Source of the DNA: Podarcis filfolensis
Lineage: Eukaryota
DNA length: 64,000 nt
NCBI GenBank assembly: GCA_964270895.1
Contig: OZ185435.1
Strand: one strand, 5' to 3'
Each line of letters starts with the position of its first letter. The first letter of the stretch is position 1. The notes under the pieces are model-generated. The model was given only the letters and a program-made list of their open reading frames with translations. It was not told where the DNA came from and searched no databases. Positions 1 to 13,300 of the stretch are shown one piece after another. A program made the position numbers and the translations under genes.

Positions 1-438
1 GAAGTGTATTTAATTTATGATGTATCAAAAGGAAACGAATTGTGCTATTGATCTTGACTTTAGAAGGGAACTTAAGACAACCTTTTAAAAAAAATAATGA
101 GAAGCGGGAAAGCCACAATGAGGAAGTGAACAGAATATGGTTGGATTGTGTTTCAGAAAGCATTCTGCTGTTACTCAGAATAGCTGCTCTTCCTCAGTTA
201 TAGAAATAATTGTTGAAATAAGATAATGCTGTTTAACACAATCTATCCAACTTCCAATGTACTGCACACAATTTTAAACTTAGGCCTGTGTGGAAGAATG
301 TGGCAGAAGGTGAGTCAAGCCCTAATTTGCATTTTATTTCCCAAATGTAGCATTGAATAAATTTACTTGAACAATTGTTCAGAGAAGAAGAATGTTAGAC
401 AAACTTATCAACTGGTAATGGTGTACCTGTAGAAACTA

Positions 439-1443
439 GCATATTTTTCCATGTATAAGACGCCCCCATGTATAAGACTACCCTTATTTTTTTCAGCCCA
501 AATTTACGAAAACAAAACCGTCAAATAGAAGTGAAAATCTGGATGATCTGTGGTGGCAGGTTTATCTTTTCGGGGGCAATTGCCTTTAAAGTTTCCAGCA
601 TGAGGTGCACTGTGGTGCAGAAGCAAAGGCAGCAGTTGGGGCACCACATGCCCCCCCCCTTGGTGGCAGCTGCTGCTGCAGGGAAGCCAGGGAAAAGAGG
701 CTCCCAAGCAGGTTACCGAAGAAGAGCCGGGGTGTTATGTACTGAGTTGAATAGGATCCAAAAGGCCTAGAACAATAGGATTCAGAATGTAGCAGTCTGA
801 TTGGTCCTAGAACAATGCAGTAGTATGATTGGTCCACAGGAGCCACCCAATCCAGCTCCAGTTGGAAGTGAATACGCAACGTGATTGGCCTACAGGAGAA
901 TCCCAGAATTAGCCAATCATGTGCGGTCCATTGTGTAATGTATATAAAGCAGATATTTTGGGGGAACTTTCATTCCTCACTACTATGAGCTGAATAAAGA
1001 GCATGAAATCCATACTCGACTCTAAGTATATTTCACGGGGGAAGGCAGCGCCCACTCTGCACGGGCCATGCCGTCGAGCAAACTAAGCTGAGGAAGATGG
1101 TGAGCAGGCTTGGGGGGAAAGGGGGAAAGGAAAGAAGGGCAAGGATAGGTGGCTGAGGCAGCTCTAAGCAGCAGCGGTGGCAGCTGCTCTTGCTCCCATG
1201 GTCGAGCCAGTGGGGGCTTCAGGAGGCAAGCCAGTGGCCAGCATGCAGCTCAGAGGGGGAGGAGAAAGGGAGGAGGCAGCAGGAGGGACAGCCTTAGCCT
1301 GCCCCAAGCCAAAATCCCAGACATATGCTTAAATATTATAAAAAAATCTCCCCAGGTGCCCATGTTCTGTGTAGAAGACGACCCCCAATTTTTTACTTTT
1401 TTTTTTAGCAAAAAACCTAGTATTATACCTGGGAAAATATAGG
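439..1443. mobile_element. Non-autonomous Tc1/mariner-type DNA transposon carrying a nested solo LTR
   Basis: Imperfect TIRs (gcatatttttccatgtataaga versus reverse complement of tattatacctgggaaaatatagg), TA at the left flank, no transposase ORF. Confidence 0.6.
733..1035 (+). mobile_element. Solo LTR (Gypsy or BEL/Pao type), 303 bp
   Basis: TG...CA termini, 5-bp TSD cgggg (728-732 and 1036-1040), several CCAAT/ATTGG boxes, TATATAAA near 941, AATAAA near 992. Confidence 0.85.
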
Positions 1444-2414
1444 AATATCATCAGGGAAGAAGGGAACAAAAGGGGTTTAGACTATCTGTCAAAATGATAG
1501 CTATCACTTTGGTCCCATCCTATGAGCTTTGGTGCAGTCGTTATGTTTCAAATCCAGATATTCATGTTGTTTTATTCAGTTTTAGTGAACAAAAAAAAAA
1601 TGCTTTCCACAACCTTTTTTCAATATTTTCTAATCATCTGTAACCAATTCCTCAGAAATAGATTCTTATAAGAAATATTACGGCTATTTATTTCCACATT
1701 GAGGACTATTTATTTCCCACACTGAATTTCTTAGCTGTAGCTATGCCCTCTGGGATGACCTAGAAGTAGCGAAGCATAGATTTTCGATATATTCATACTA
1801 TATTTGACATTAAAGGCCCATGAGTGACCTCTTAACTTGGATATCCTCAATATGACTCAAAAGCTAGCACAAGCCTGTCAGAAAATGCTTATAGGATGCA
1901 TAAACTGGCATTTCCATCAAGCAGACAATATCCCTTTGCCTGCATAAACAAATTTGACTTTAGTCGATGCTGCCAGCCTGACTGTCTTTCCTACAAAAGA
2001 AAACAAGTTCACCAACTTTATCATACAGCAGCTTAGGCCCCAGAAAAACTTTAAAAAGTAGATTCCAGAAAATGGTAAGTTGTATTTCAACATCAGAAAA
2101 CCAGTCTGATGTCATCAATGGTGGGGAACCATCTCACCCAATTGGCCATCCCATCTAGAGCTGATGGGAATACAAGTCCCAAAATATCTAGAGGGGCACA
2201 GGCAGTGCTTTTTTCTGGCAGAATGCTTTGATATGCAGTCCCATGACCTTTTTCTTTCCCAAAATCAGAGCCTCATGCCTCCTTCCCAAAGCCTGGGAAG
2301 CTTCTGCCTGGTTTAGGGAGGCAGACACAATGCTCTGGCAGTGTCCAAGAGCCCTCCCACCTTCTTCCCAAAGCCCACCTGGAGACAAGAGAGCTGCAGG
2401 ATCCTGCCTGAGGC

Positions 2415-2945
2415 CTCATTACAATTAATCCAGAATGTGGCAGCTAGAATGATGACTGGAAGTGGCCTCCAAGACCATATAACACCAGTCCTGAAAGACC
2501 TACATTGGCTCCCAGTATGTTTCCGAGCACAATTCAAAGTGTTGGTGCTGACCTTTAAAGCCCTAAACAGCCTCTGTCCTGTAGACCTGAAGGAGTGTCT
2601 CTACCCCCACTGTTCAGTCCGCACACTGAGGTCCAGTGCCAAGGGCCTTCTGGCAGTTCCCTCACTGCAAGAAGTGAAGTTATAGGGAACCAGGCAGAAG
2701 GCCTTCTCAGTAGTGGTGCCTGCCCTGTGGAATGCCCTCCCATCAAATGTCAAGGAAATAAACAACTACCTGACTTTTAGAAGACATCTGAAGGCAGCCC
2801 TGTTTAGGGAAGTTTTTAATGTTTGATGTTTTATTGTGTTTTTGATATTCTGTTGGAAGCCACCCAGAGTGGTTGGGGAGGCCCAGCCAGATGGGTGGGG
2901 TATAAGTAATAAATTAGTATTTTAGTATTAGTATTAGTATTAGTA
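2415..2945 (+). mobile_element. L2 LINE 3' fragment
   Basis: ORF 2341-2685 contains LQLIQNVAARMMTG...DHITPVLKDLHWLPV...FKVLVLTFKAL, typical of the L2 ORF2 C-terminus; followed by 3' UTR and a (TAGTAT)n tail. Confidence 0.85.
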
Positions 2946-5900
2946 CTACACCTCCTTCCCAAAGCCCAGAAAACAATGCAGAGCAATGGAAGGCAAATTC
3001 ATGTGCAGAAAAGAGATACGGAGGGTGATTTGGATGCTGCCAGGTGAGGTGAACCCTTTGCCCCCTTCTTCTGTCCCAGGTTCTGTTCATCTTGAAAAGG
3101 CATGAGATGCTCCTCCCAGACTCAAGGGCAGCTTCAAAGGGCATGGGAGGACACTGTGGTGCCCATTTGGGGGAGATCAGTAGAAGCACCACAGGGCTGG
3201 GATCAGCCTGCACAGGACATCCTCAGGAGCAGTGCTAAAATGCTTGAAAGGAAACCTGCATATTTGATATTAAAAAATGACAGGAAATATTATTTTAAAA
3301 GTTATTCTTGTTAAAACATCTCACGTCTATAATCCTGTCTTTGAAATGTTATTCCAGGTGTTTATAAGGATTCAATGGGACTAGTATTTAATGAAGGACT
3401 ATGACCTATCTGTACCCAGTTACATCTTCTTCTTATGCCCCATTAAAAAGTTCACAACTAGTCTTAGAGTTGCTGCCTAGGATTTAAATTATTCCTTGAA
3501 ACAGAGAAAAATGTTTCTAAATCAGTTGGCTCAAAATCCCACAAGGCCATGGGAAGCAGGAACGGACATGTATCAGAAGAATAAAAGCATCTAAATAATT
3601 GGCTTTTAAGAATAAGATAGCTGGGGGAAAATTGACTTCCAGCACATGTAAAAACCCATTTGCCACCTTTCAAAAACCCAGCTGAGATTATTTCAAAGAA
3701 GTGAACTTAGGAAAAATATCTAACTCCACAAAGCAGCTACCTTTATTATCACCTTTGTTTAAAAATACAGTTATTAAGTATTGACTATTTCTGGATCAAT
3801 CCATGCCCCCCACCCCCGAATGATAGAGATATATTTTGACAGGGCAATTTTCTTGTTTCACAGAAGATCTTGAGTAAAACTCCCTGAAAATTCAGAGGGC
3901 TGATATGCCCCCCATTACATTCTCTTCATTTCATTTTCCTCTGTTATGCTCTCAGGATTTCTTTTTCTTTGTTCTAATATTTTTCACTTTTATTTTTCAT
4001 TCATGTCGTCTTTACAACTGCATTGTTTTCCTCATGTATCTCTCTTCTTGACAAGAGCTGTGCTATTTTTCCTTCTTCCATTTCCCTCTGAGCCAAAGGC
4101 TAGGGTAGAAAAAAAGATCACAAACTCCCGTTGTGTCTCCTTGGTCTTACAGTCTTGTTTTTTCCTTGTATGCCTTTCTTAAAAGTGTTCTGTATTTTGC
4201 CTTCTTTTTAACCTCTCACAGAGGACAGGGCGTTGAACTTGCCTTTTTCATGCCTCCTACTCTGTTTTATAATCGTCAATGTTCCTTCCTCCCCCCCACC
4301 AACTATGAACTCAAAATGAACATTGAGAACTTCAAGTGGGCAACAATTCAACTCCCTTGAAAATTGAGGTTAACTTCAGGTTGTTTGTTACAGCTCTTGT
4401 GACTATTTTTGAGGTTAGTTCTTTAGCTGTTCCCAAGTAAAGCCCTTTACTGTTTCCACAGGAAATTCTCTGAGGCTTCCACTGCAATTTGCACTTATCT
4501 TTTGTTCACCTTTCCACATAAAAATACTGCATCAGTTCCCATTTTTTCTCCTTGTGTTGTTCACAAGGAAAACCATGTTGTTGTTTAAGAAGGGAGCAGG
4601 TTTCTTAATGGATTCTTCAAGGGCAAAGGATTATTTTCTCATGCCCCCACACTCGAAACACATGTTGTTTCTCCATTCTGAACAGATCCTGTTATTTACC
4701 AGAGATAAATTATCTCCCATTTCTGTGGCAATCAACATGCTATTTCCATTAACAGTACACAATGTTCTAGTAATATTTGGAAAGGGACTATTCTCTGTAA
4801 GTATTAAATAAAAAAAAGTTAATGGAAAGAAACTGAGGAATTTCAATCAGCTATGACAACTGTTGATCTCAAGATACAGTAATTACATATTTGGGGGCAG
4901 AGGTTTCATAAGTCGAACCATGGATGGTAATGAACCCAGTTGAGATGTTCTGTGAACCTTTATATTTAGTTTCATCCCTTGAATTCCTGCCTATCTAATC
5001 ACCCACTATTTCTTTTAGTCATTCTATTCCCATAGAGCCCAGCTCCCTCTTAACTTCTCTATTTTTTCTATGTGACTCCAAAACACATTTTATTTCCCTC
5101 ATCCAGTCTCCAGTTAGCTCTCCCTGTATGTTCTATACTAAGTTCCATACTATTTACTAAGGGGATCTTCAACCTACCCTAATTTATACGTATTTGAACT
5201 CTGTCCTTGGGATGCTTTGCTTTGCTGAAACAAGGAAGGAGCTAATTTGATGGACTGCCCCTTACCCCTGCAGCCCCTTGTGTCCGTTCCACCAAAAGAA
5301 CTGCTCCAGAGGGTTTGGGAAGCTTCCAGAACAATATAGGAAACAGTCCAGGGGCTTTCCAGATGTAACAAGAAATTGTGGCTAATTGAAGATTTTCTGA
5401 TTTAATCACAATGTGGTGCAAAACAAGAAGAGGAATACTTTCCATTGTGGGGGTAAATGATTCACATATAAACCTTAGTTGTTTGTTTGTTTGTTTGAAT
5501 GTATATCCCTCCCTCCCTCCTCCCAAAAGAGCACAGGGCTATACAAATTACCTTTGTACAGCACGCCCACATGCACACCTTTCTCTTTCCTTCATCCAGG
5601 CAAGCAAGAAGCATCATCGGAGATCAAGGGCACATTCTAGCCTGTCAAAAACACATTGGGTGCAAGTCAGGGTCAGTAAAGGGTTTGGGGCATGGAAACC
5701 AGCTTCCAGCTCCATGGTTCTCCACCACTGGCATTGTGTGTGTGTGTGTTGCGATTCCATTGTTCCTCATTTTCTTTTAAATATCCCAAACCTGCAGGCT
5801 AGGGGTGAGAGGGGGAGGAAGAAGTTGGCTAAGAGATGTCACCATTCATTCTTGCATGCTTCTTTTCTACAACTTCTCTCAAAGATCATAAATACAAAGG

Positions 5901-7595
5901 ATCATTAAGCAAACTGCAAAATATTACACTTACATTTTTTTTTTTAAAAACCCCCCTGTAAGACTGTAAAATATTATATTCACTAAACCTGTCAAATGAC
6001 TGAGAGGACCAAAGATGATTTCTGTCTCCTGGAGGACACTGTCATTTCCAAATGTATCTTGAAAAACTATATGTCATTTGGGCTGTGATACTGTATAAGT
6101 TACCAGGGGGAAAGCCTCAATGGGCTTTGTATTCTTCTGAACATCTAAACCTCCTTTTTCCCTTAAAAAAACCAGAAGCCAGCCCAGATCCCAAAGGGAA
6201 CTTTGAAACAATGATATTTGAGAGAATTGAAATATTTTCTTTGGAACCAAGGAAGCTGCCTGATTCTATGGTTGCCAGGCAGCTATCTGGATCCCAAAGA
6301 ATGCATACATGCCAGCAATTTGAACAGGACAGCGAGACCACTTTCCATCCCATCTCTCCCTCCCTTATTCATACAATAAAAAATGCAGGTTAAATGTTAT
6401 GTTGACAAAAACATAAAAGGAAACAAAGATTCTTTTCCAATTTAACAAGCAGGTGGAAACTGTGGTTTTATTTCAAAAAGGCAGTTATCTTCTGTACCTG
6501 AAACTATTTACCGACAAAGCAGCTAATCAATAACTTACTCCCACCCTGCTTTCATTGTGTTGCTTTTTGACTATTTCTGCTGCCATTATAAATACAAACT
6601 TTACCTTTTATTACTGGTGCAATTTAAAGTGTACAGCCCAGCTTTGTTTGGAGAAAAGGCAAATCTACTGATTTATAAAGACAATGTTATCGCAGTCCCT
6701 CTGTGTTTTATTTGAAAACCTTTTATCTGCAACCGATTCAGTTCTGCTTAAGAGTATTATTAAGCATGCAAATAAGAAGGGACTAGATCAATTCAGTTTT
6801 GTGTGGTCTGATAATATAAGAAGCACTAAAGTCTCCCAAGAAAGTGTAAAATCAATTATTCAATCAATTGCAGTCCTAAGCAAACTATTTTTAGTTTGTA
6901 TAATAGGTGGAGCAACTTATATCAAGATTGTGCTTTGTCATGGCTATTGTTATGAGTTTGTGGGTGACAGAATCCCCTAAATTCCTGGGTCCAGTAGGTG
7001 TTGGAAATTAATCAAGGCTTGGGGAGTTAAACTAGGGAGTTAAACCTGGAAACAGCTTGCCGTGTTTAGGAGGTTGCCTGCAGGGTGGGCCATTAAAAAA
7101 ACCAAGAAAAGGTAAAGAACCATTAAGAAAACAAAGGCTCTGTGTCATTTTTACTTTTATCTGTAAGCTGCCTATTAGAGAAAAAGGCAGGCTATAAATA
7201 AATCAATAAATAAGGTAAATAAATAAAAAATCTACAGGAGTAATCTGTGTTGCCAGGAAGGTTAGGATTTGGCGGAAGTGTTCTCTGCTGGGTTCCACTG
7301 GCAGAAAGAGGTTCACCACTGCAAAATCTCCCTCCACACCCATCAAAGGCACATGCAATGCTGGAACTTCTGCTGGGACAGAATTAGGAACTTATTATCA
7401 TTGTCCCTCAAAATATAATATGCAAATATAAACAATGTCCCTAATATAATTCATTTTGGTATATTATTAGCAATATATGCATAGTTTACAGCAGTATGAG
7501 CATCTTTGCACACATTACTTTGCTAGAAATCTGCACTGCTAAATTCAGATTAGTGCAAATTTCTAAGAATGTCTGTGTTTTGATTCGCGTCTTAT

Positions 7596-8560
7596 TTCTT
7601 TCTTTTTTTATATAATTTTTATTGAATGATTTTATGTTACAAAAAATAATGCAGCCATACTACCACTAAATATAATTAAGAAATAAAAATTACATACATC
7701 GATATTTAGTTTGTTATTTGTTATTTACTGTCTTATTTCCTCCCAAACATTGCATACAACAACACACATATGTGCAGACACCCACACACCCACACCCGCA
7801 CACAAAATGATAATAATGAAAGTAAATATTTTTCCCCTTTTATCTTCCAAAATCTTTTCTTCAACTTTGACTTCCTGTCAAGTCCCTTTGCATATGTTTT
7901 ATCTTACATTTGAATGTACACAAAACAATAAACCTTTCTGTATAATTTTTCTAATACATTCTGAAAACATAATAAATCCTTAATTGTTATCCACCTCCTT
8001 TTAGTTCCTTTATCACTCGAATGCTAGCACAGAGTCAAAACTATTATTATATTTTTGAACATATCTTCTATAACCATCCCATTTTTCTGCAAATTTTTGC
8101 TTTGAGTTTCCTCTGAGTTTACTAGTCAATTGAGCCGTCTCCACCAATTCCTGTAATTTGATTTGCCAATCTGTTATTTTTGGAGCCTCGTGATCTTTCC
8201 ATCCCTTGGCCACAACTATACGAGCCGCTGTGGTTGCATACAAGAATAACTCTCTTAGATTTTTTGGGATCTCTTTATCTATAATACTTAATAGAAATGC
8301 CTCCGGTTTTTTAGTAAAAGTTATCCCCATCATCTTTTTTAGTTCATCATATATTTTTCCCCAATTTTTAAAATCTTTTCACACGTCCACCACATGTGGA
8401 TCATGTCACCATTATTTCCTCCACATCTCCAACAAGCATTCGCCAAGTTTTTATTTTTATTTTTATTTTTTTATTTTTTATACATTCTTGATAATCTGGA
8501 AGGAGTGAGGTACCACCTATGAGCCATTTTCATCATGTTCTCTCTTATATAATATATATG
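7596..8560 (-). mobile_element. L1-clade LINE, ORF2 C-terminal region plus 3' UTR and A-rich tail
   Basis: Minus strand reads KMAHRWYLTPSRLSRMYKK...CWRCGGNNGDMIHMWWTC (CCHC knuckle) and FLYATTAARIVVAKGWK...W; frame broken by an A-rich microsatellite at about 8448-8480. Confidence 0.85.
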
Positions 8561-8638
8561 GTTCATGCTATAATATAATGGTTCGTGTCTTATTTCAGAA
8601 AGAGTGTAATACTGCCTTGAGGTTGTCTTCTTACAGTT

Positions 8639-8655
8639 GTTGTTTAGTCGTTTAG
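8639..8655 (-). mobile_element. Ultra-short BovB/Sauria 3' tail insertion
   Basis: gttgtttagtcgtttag is the reverse complement of the BovB terminus ctaaacgactaaacaac; flanked by direct repeat tcttacagtt (8629-8638, 8656-8665). Confidence 0.7.
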
Positions 8656-8895
8656 TCTTACAGTTAGTTCTTAACTGTAACATTGTCTTTATAAATCAGT
8701 AGTTCTTACAGTTAAGCAGGATATAAATTTAATGAAATAAGCAAAGTAAATAAAGTAGGCAAGTTCACCCTTCGATGCAAACTGAATTGATTCCCCCCCC
8801 CCCTTACCCCTATGTGAATGAGCCTTGGGTTCATGTGTTCCCACCTCTGCACTCCTTTGACACATCTGTAAGGAGGAGAGCAAAGCTTTCATTTC

Positions 8896-9041
8896 TTGTT
8901 GTTGTTGTTGTTTAGTCATTTAGTCGTGTCCAACTCTTCGTGACCCCATGGACCACAGCACACCAGGCACTCCTGTCTTCCACTGCCTCCTGCAATTTGG
9001 TCAAACCCATGCTGGTAGCTTCGAGAACACTATCCAACCAC
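8896..9041 (-). mobile_element. BovB (RTE) / Sauria SINE 3' end
   Basis: (TTG)n tail plus sequence matching the reverse complement of the 3' end of the BovB copy at 17089-17664. Confidence 0.9.
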
Positions 9042-10298
9042 TCCCCTCAATAGCAACTCCAAGAAAAACAAGTGTGTATTCTGGCTGGGATTTATAGCAC
9101 AAAAGTATTTTGTTCATGAGAACCAATTGTTTTGGACTACCCCTTAGAGAAAAATAAATATACAGTGAGAACCGTAGAGAAGTTACACTAGGTGCTTAAT
9201 GTGCATAATGCAATATGATTGGAGGGGAGGGTTGTTTCTCTGCAGCAAGGTTGAAATCTTGCTTTTAAATTAATGTGGAGTTTCTCAGGATATTAACAAA
9301 TATCTTGGTTTGCTGCTTAATCCCCAGGCAACCAGACAATTGTGTGTTTGCATATCTGATTTCCTGCATTCCATTCACCCCAAACTTGGGATTTTGCTTC
9401 TCTTCAACAGGCATAATATGTAGATAAGTAAACCGATTTCATATCCAGCCAAACAGGCTCAGAATGTTTATATATCGCAAAAGGTGTTTCTGCCATCAAG
9501 CATTTTACAAAAGCAATAGCACGAAAGAGCTAATCCTGTGGGTGCCTGGTCCAATAATTCATACTCTGCTTTTCTCCGCACTAGGGTGATGTTTTGCTCA
9601 CATATTTACTGATAAATCTAGGTAATTTGAATTATTACACAAGGCAATTGCAGATGGGGCACAAATACTGCAAAAGCAAATGCATTTCCAAAAGAGAAAG
9701 AAAATTGTGATGGACAATAATCTGTATAATTTGTTTACAGCTTCCCCCCCTTCCCCCACAAGATGTGTTGGTCAAAATCCTGAAAAACCAGGTAGCACAA
9801 ATGAACAAAAAGGAGATAACATATTCCTGGATTACAACTGTGTTTATCAATCTTTTCAGCAGCTGATATAAATACCTGTTGTAAACTCTAGAGGGAAATA
9901 AAAAATAAGTCTATTTTCAGAGAAAGCAGGCAGGAAGATTTTGCATTACCTACGGGAAAAGAGTGAGAAAGATTTATGCTACAGAACACAAGATCTGTAC
10001 TTTTAATTCTGAATGACTGTTAGATGTTAAATGGTGAGGAGTGAGATTTATTTCTAAATATTCTAAACATTTTATGTGGTGAACCAGAAAGGTAACACAC
10101 TCTTGGCACATAATTTGTAGTAATTCTCCTGCAAGGGTTTGTAGAAGTCTAATAATGCAATCATATCTATTTCTATTCCCTAGTAAGCCCAGATAAGTAC
10201 TTACTCCCAAGGGGCAGAGCAACCCCTCACTGGCATTGGATTGGGTGGAACTGTCCCTCCACTAGCCTTTTCAATCTCTTGCCAGCCATCACTCTACT

Positions 10299-10552
10299 GA
10301 AGAAGAAGAAGAAGAGTTTGGATTTGATATCCCGCCTTTCACTCTCCTTCAGGAATCTCAAAGCGGCTAACATTCTCCTTTCCCTTCCTCCCCCACAACA
10401 AACACTCTGTGAGGTGAATGGGGCTGAGAGACTTCAAAGAAGTGTGACTGGCCCAAGGTCACCCAGCAGCTGCATGTGGAGGAGCGGAGACGCGAACCCG
10501 GTTCCCCAGATTACGAGACTACCGCTCTTAACCACTACACCACACTGGCTCT
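10299..10552 (-). mobile_element. tRNA-derived SINE (Squam3-like), near full length
   Basis: Minus strand has A-box-like TGGTGTAGTGG and B-box-like GGTTCGCGTC, with a (TTC)n tail; near-identical second copy at 11100-11386. Confidence 0.85.
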
Positions 10553-10713
10553 TGTATGGAGCTCCCTGCTCTGCCTGCAGAAGTGCCCTGTTGGCATCCT
10601 GGGGAAATGGAAAATAAGTCTGTATGTGTTTGAATGTGTATTGCTGAAGGTTTAACATGGAAAAATTCCATTGGGCTATACTAAAGCAAAGAAGAGCTCT
10701 TTGAGGACCTAAA

Positions 10714-10860
10714 CAATGGCGTAGCGTGGGGGGTGCAGGGGGGGCCGGTCGCACCGGGCGCAACATCTGGGGGTTAGGGTTAGGGGGCGCAAATCCACGG
10801 GTTAGGGGGCGCAAATTACTTGCCTTGCCCCGGGTGCTGACAACCCACGCTACGCCACTG
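10714..10860. mobile_element. hAT-type MITE, 147 bp, with TTAGGG-containing internal repeats
   Basis: TIRs caatggcgtagcgtgg / ccacgctacgccactg; exact 8-bp TSD gacctaaa (10706-10713, 10861-10868). Confidence 0.9.
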
Positions 10861-11099
10861 GACCTAAACAGGTTGATAATTAACTGTTTCTGTTCTCTGC
10901 TCTCTCATGTGGTATTTAACTTTAGAACATGTGAGAGGGGTTATTCAGTTGCAAAATTGCCATCTTGGGGACTTGGACTTTGAATGTTTCTCTGGAAGTC
11001 ACAGAGAACAAAGGATGCAATAATGAGGTCTCTCCTGAAGAGAAAACAGCACGAGGCTAATGGATGCTGTGGGGAGAGACAGACCTTTGATTTAGATAT

Positions 11100-11386
11100 G
11101 AAGAAGAAGAAGAAGAAGAAGAAGAAGAAGAAGAAGAAGAAGAAGAAGAAGAAGAAGGAGATTTGATATCCCGCCTTTCACTCCACTTCAGGAGTCTCAA
11201 AGCGGCTAACATTCTCCTTTCTCTTCCTCCCCCACAACAAACACTCTGTGAGGTGAGTGGGGCTGAGAGACTTCAGAGAAGTGTGACTGGCCCAAGGTCA
11301 CCCAGCAGCTGCATGTGGAGGAGCGGAGACACGAACCCGGTTCCCCAGATTACGAGTCTATCGCTCTTAACCACTACACCACACTG
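11100..11386 (-). mobile_element. tRNA-derived SINE (Squam3-like) with long (AAG)n tail
   Basis: Same sequence as 10299-10552; (AAG)n at about 11100-11157. Confidence 0.85.
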
Positions 11387-13163
11387 TTTTGAGTTATTTC
11401 AAATTAGAAAGAAGATGAACCTGTGTGGGATATGCACATGATATTATACAACTGTTTTGATGTATCGTTAGTTGTTTTTGTATCTGTTATGAATAAAGTT
11501 CTGTTAGTGAAACTTTTGAATCATATCTTGGGTCTGGACAATTTTTATTCCAAGAGGAGACAGTTTTTATTCATCCTATTGCTTCAAACTGTGTAATATT
11601 AATATCTAATAGATCAGAGGTGCCCCTGGATCTGCTGCCTCTGACTTCACCGTCCTCAGAATCTGGAATAATTGTAACCTAGTTGTATTTGTGGGAATCC
11701 TGTTGTATTCTGCTAGCATGCTGGGTTAGTTGAATCCAGGCCTATGCCTGCAATCTTCTAGAGTTAAATGGGAGAAGCTACCATTGAACAACATGCAGAT
11801 CACTTCTGAGTATATGATTGTTCTACAGTGACTTATTGAGGCAACTGCAACTGTAAACATGCACACATCATTCTGAATTTAGTGAGACTTAATGTCTGGG
11901 TAAACATGCATCAAATTGTGCTCTGAATTGCAATAGTTGCACACATAGATATTTGCTGCCAGGGCAGAAATTTCAGCTCAGCCTGGATTTCCCAATACGT
12001 TTTAGAAGGCTATTGTAGTTAATCCACCTTAAAAATTCCTCACAGAACTATAAGGCTTTCTGAAGCATTCATGCCTTCACTGACTTAAACAAATGACTCA
12101 ATCACTTCTCATCTTATTCATAACAACTGCAAGACTAACAAGAAGCAAGGGCCCCATTTTCCTCAAAATTACTGTACCACTTGTCACACCTGGAGCTCAT
12201 GTTGAAATTCAAAGCAGGGCTTATGCTGTTATAAGGAACTAGAAACAAGAAAATAAAAGCCAATCCCTTTAAATTACTCCAAATAATATCCTTTCAGCAG
12301 ATTCTGTTCAGAATTATGTATTAAGCCTGAAATGTTGTGAAGAGATACCAAATGAAAACTGAATTGGAAAATGGTTACTGGGGAAAGCTCAACAGGCTGA
12401 GAGTGTGAATGTGAATCAGACACTTAGGCCAATTTAACTGAAGGAGGAAGGCCATGATCTGCCAAACTACAGGACAATAAGAAAGAAAAATCTCTTTCCT
12501 CACTGCTAAACTGCTCACTGTGTAGTCCACAAACATGGAAGATAATTGGGATTTTTGTGCACAATCCTTGCGGTATGCATGGATTTCTCCATTGTGGATG
12601 CAGGCAATACATTTAAAGCAAATTTAAAGCTCGCCCCTCTTTCTCAGAATTCTGGAAATTGAAGCTTACCACTAATAGAGTTACAGTTGCCAGCACCCTT
12701 AGCACACTATAGTTCCCATGAATCTTTAAGGGGTGCTTTAACTGTATGATGTGTATAGAGTTTCTGAACTCTGTACAACATGTCCCTGGGTAAGTAAGGC
12801 AAAGGGTGCTTCCAGACTATCACTATTTTGCAGAAGGGATTCAGGTACATATCGTAAATTTAGGTTTGCATGATTGATGCGGATTAAAAGACTATGTTGC
12901 CCTACCACAATAAATCCACTTAAAAAACAACAACACAGAATCAGTGTTTAAGATGAATGTGTTGTCTGGAGGGTCTTCAGTTGCATTCATTGGATCTGGG
13001 GTGTTGCTATGCATCATTGCCTAGTAGTCTATGCTGTTACACAAGTACATATGTGTTGGGATGTTTAATCTAGAGTCATGGTGTGCCATGAGGAAAAAAC
13101 TTATTTCGGGGAGGGGGAGGTTCAGGGTTCCAAAACCAGTGGTGTGTAGTCATTGGATTAGGG

Positions 13164-13300
13164 CAGGCATCCCCAACATCTTGGCCCTCCAGATGTTTTG
13201 GCCTACAACTCCCATGATCCCTAGCTAACAGGACCAGTGGGCAGGGATGATGGGAATTGTAGTCCAAAACATCTGGAGGGCCAAAGGTTGGGGATGCCTG
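13164..13300. mobile_element. Palindromic hAT MITE
   Basis: TIRs caggcatccccaa / ttggggatgcctg; exact 8-bp TSD gattaggg (13156-13163, 13301-13308). Confidence 0.9.

Noticed and set aside
4631-4846. NNMCFECGG motif resembling a zinc finger (ArfGAP or knuckle)
   Set aside because: Stop three codons later, no second metal-ligand pair, no splice context
6052-6393. PDSMVARQLSGSQRM, weakly like CCDC179 PSEVTERQLANKRI
   Set aside because: Too few identities and no matching exon boundaries
10984-11166. Poly-lysine ORF
   Set aside because: Translation of the (AAG)n SINE tail
10299-11386. tRNA-like A/B boxes as possible tRNA genes
   Set aside because: They are SINE heads attached to SINE bodies and tails; no complete cloverleaf
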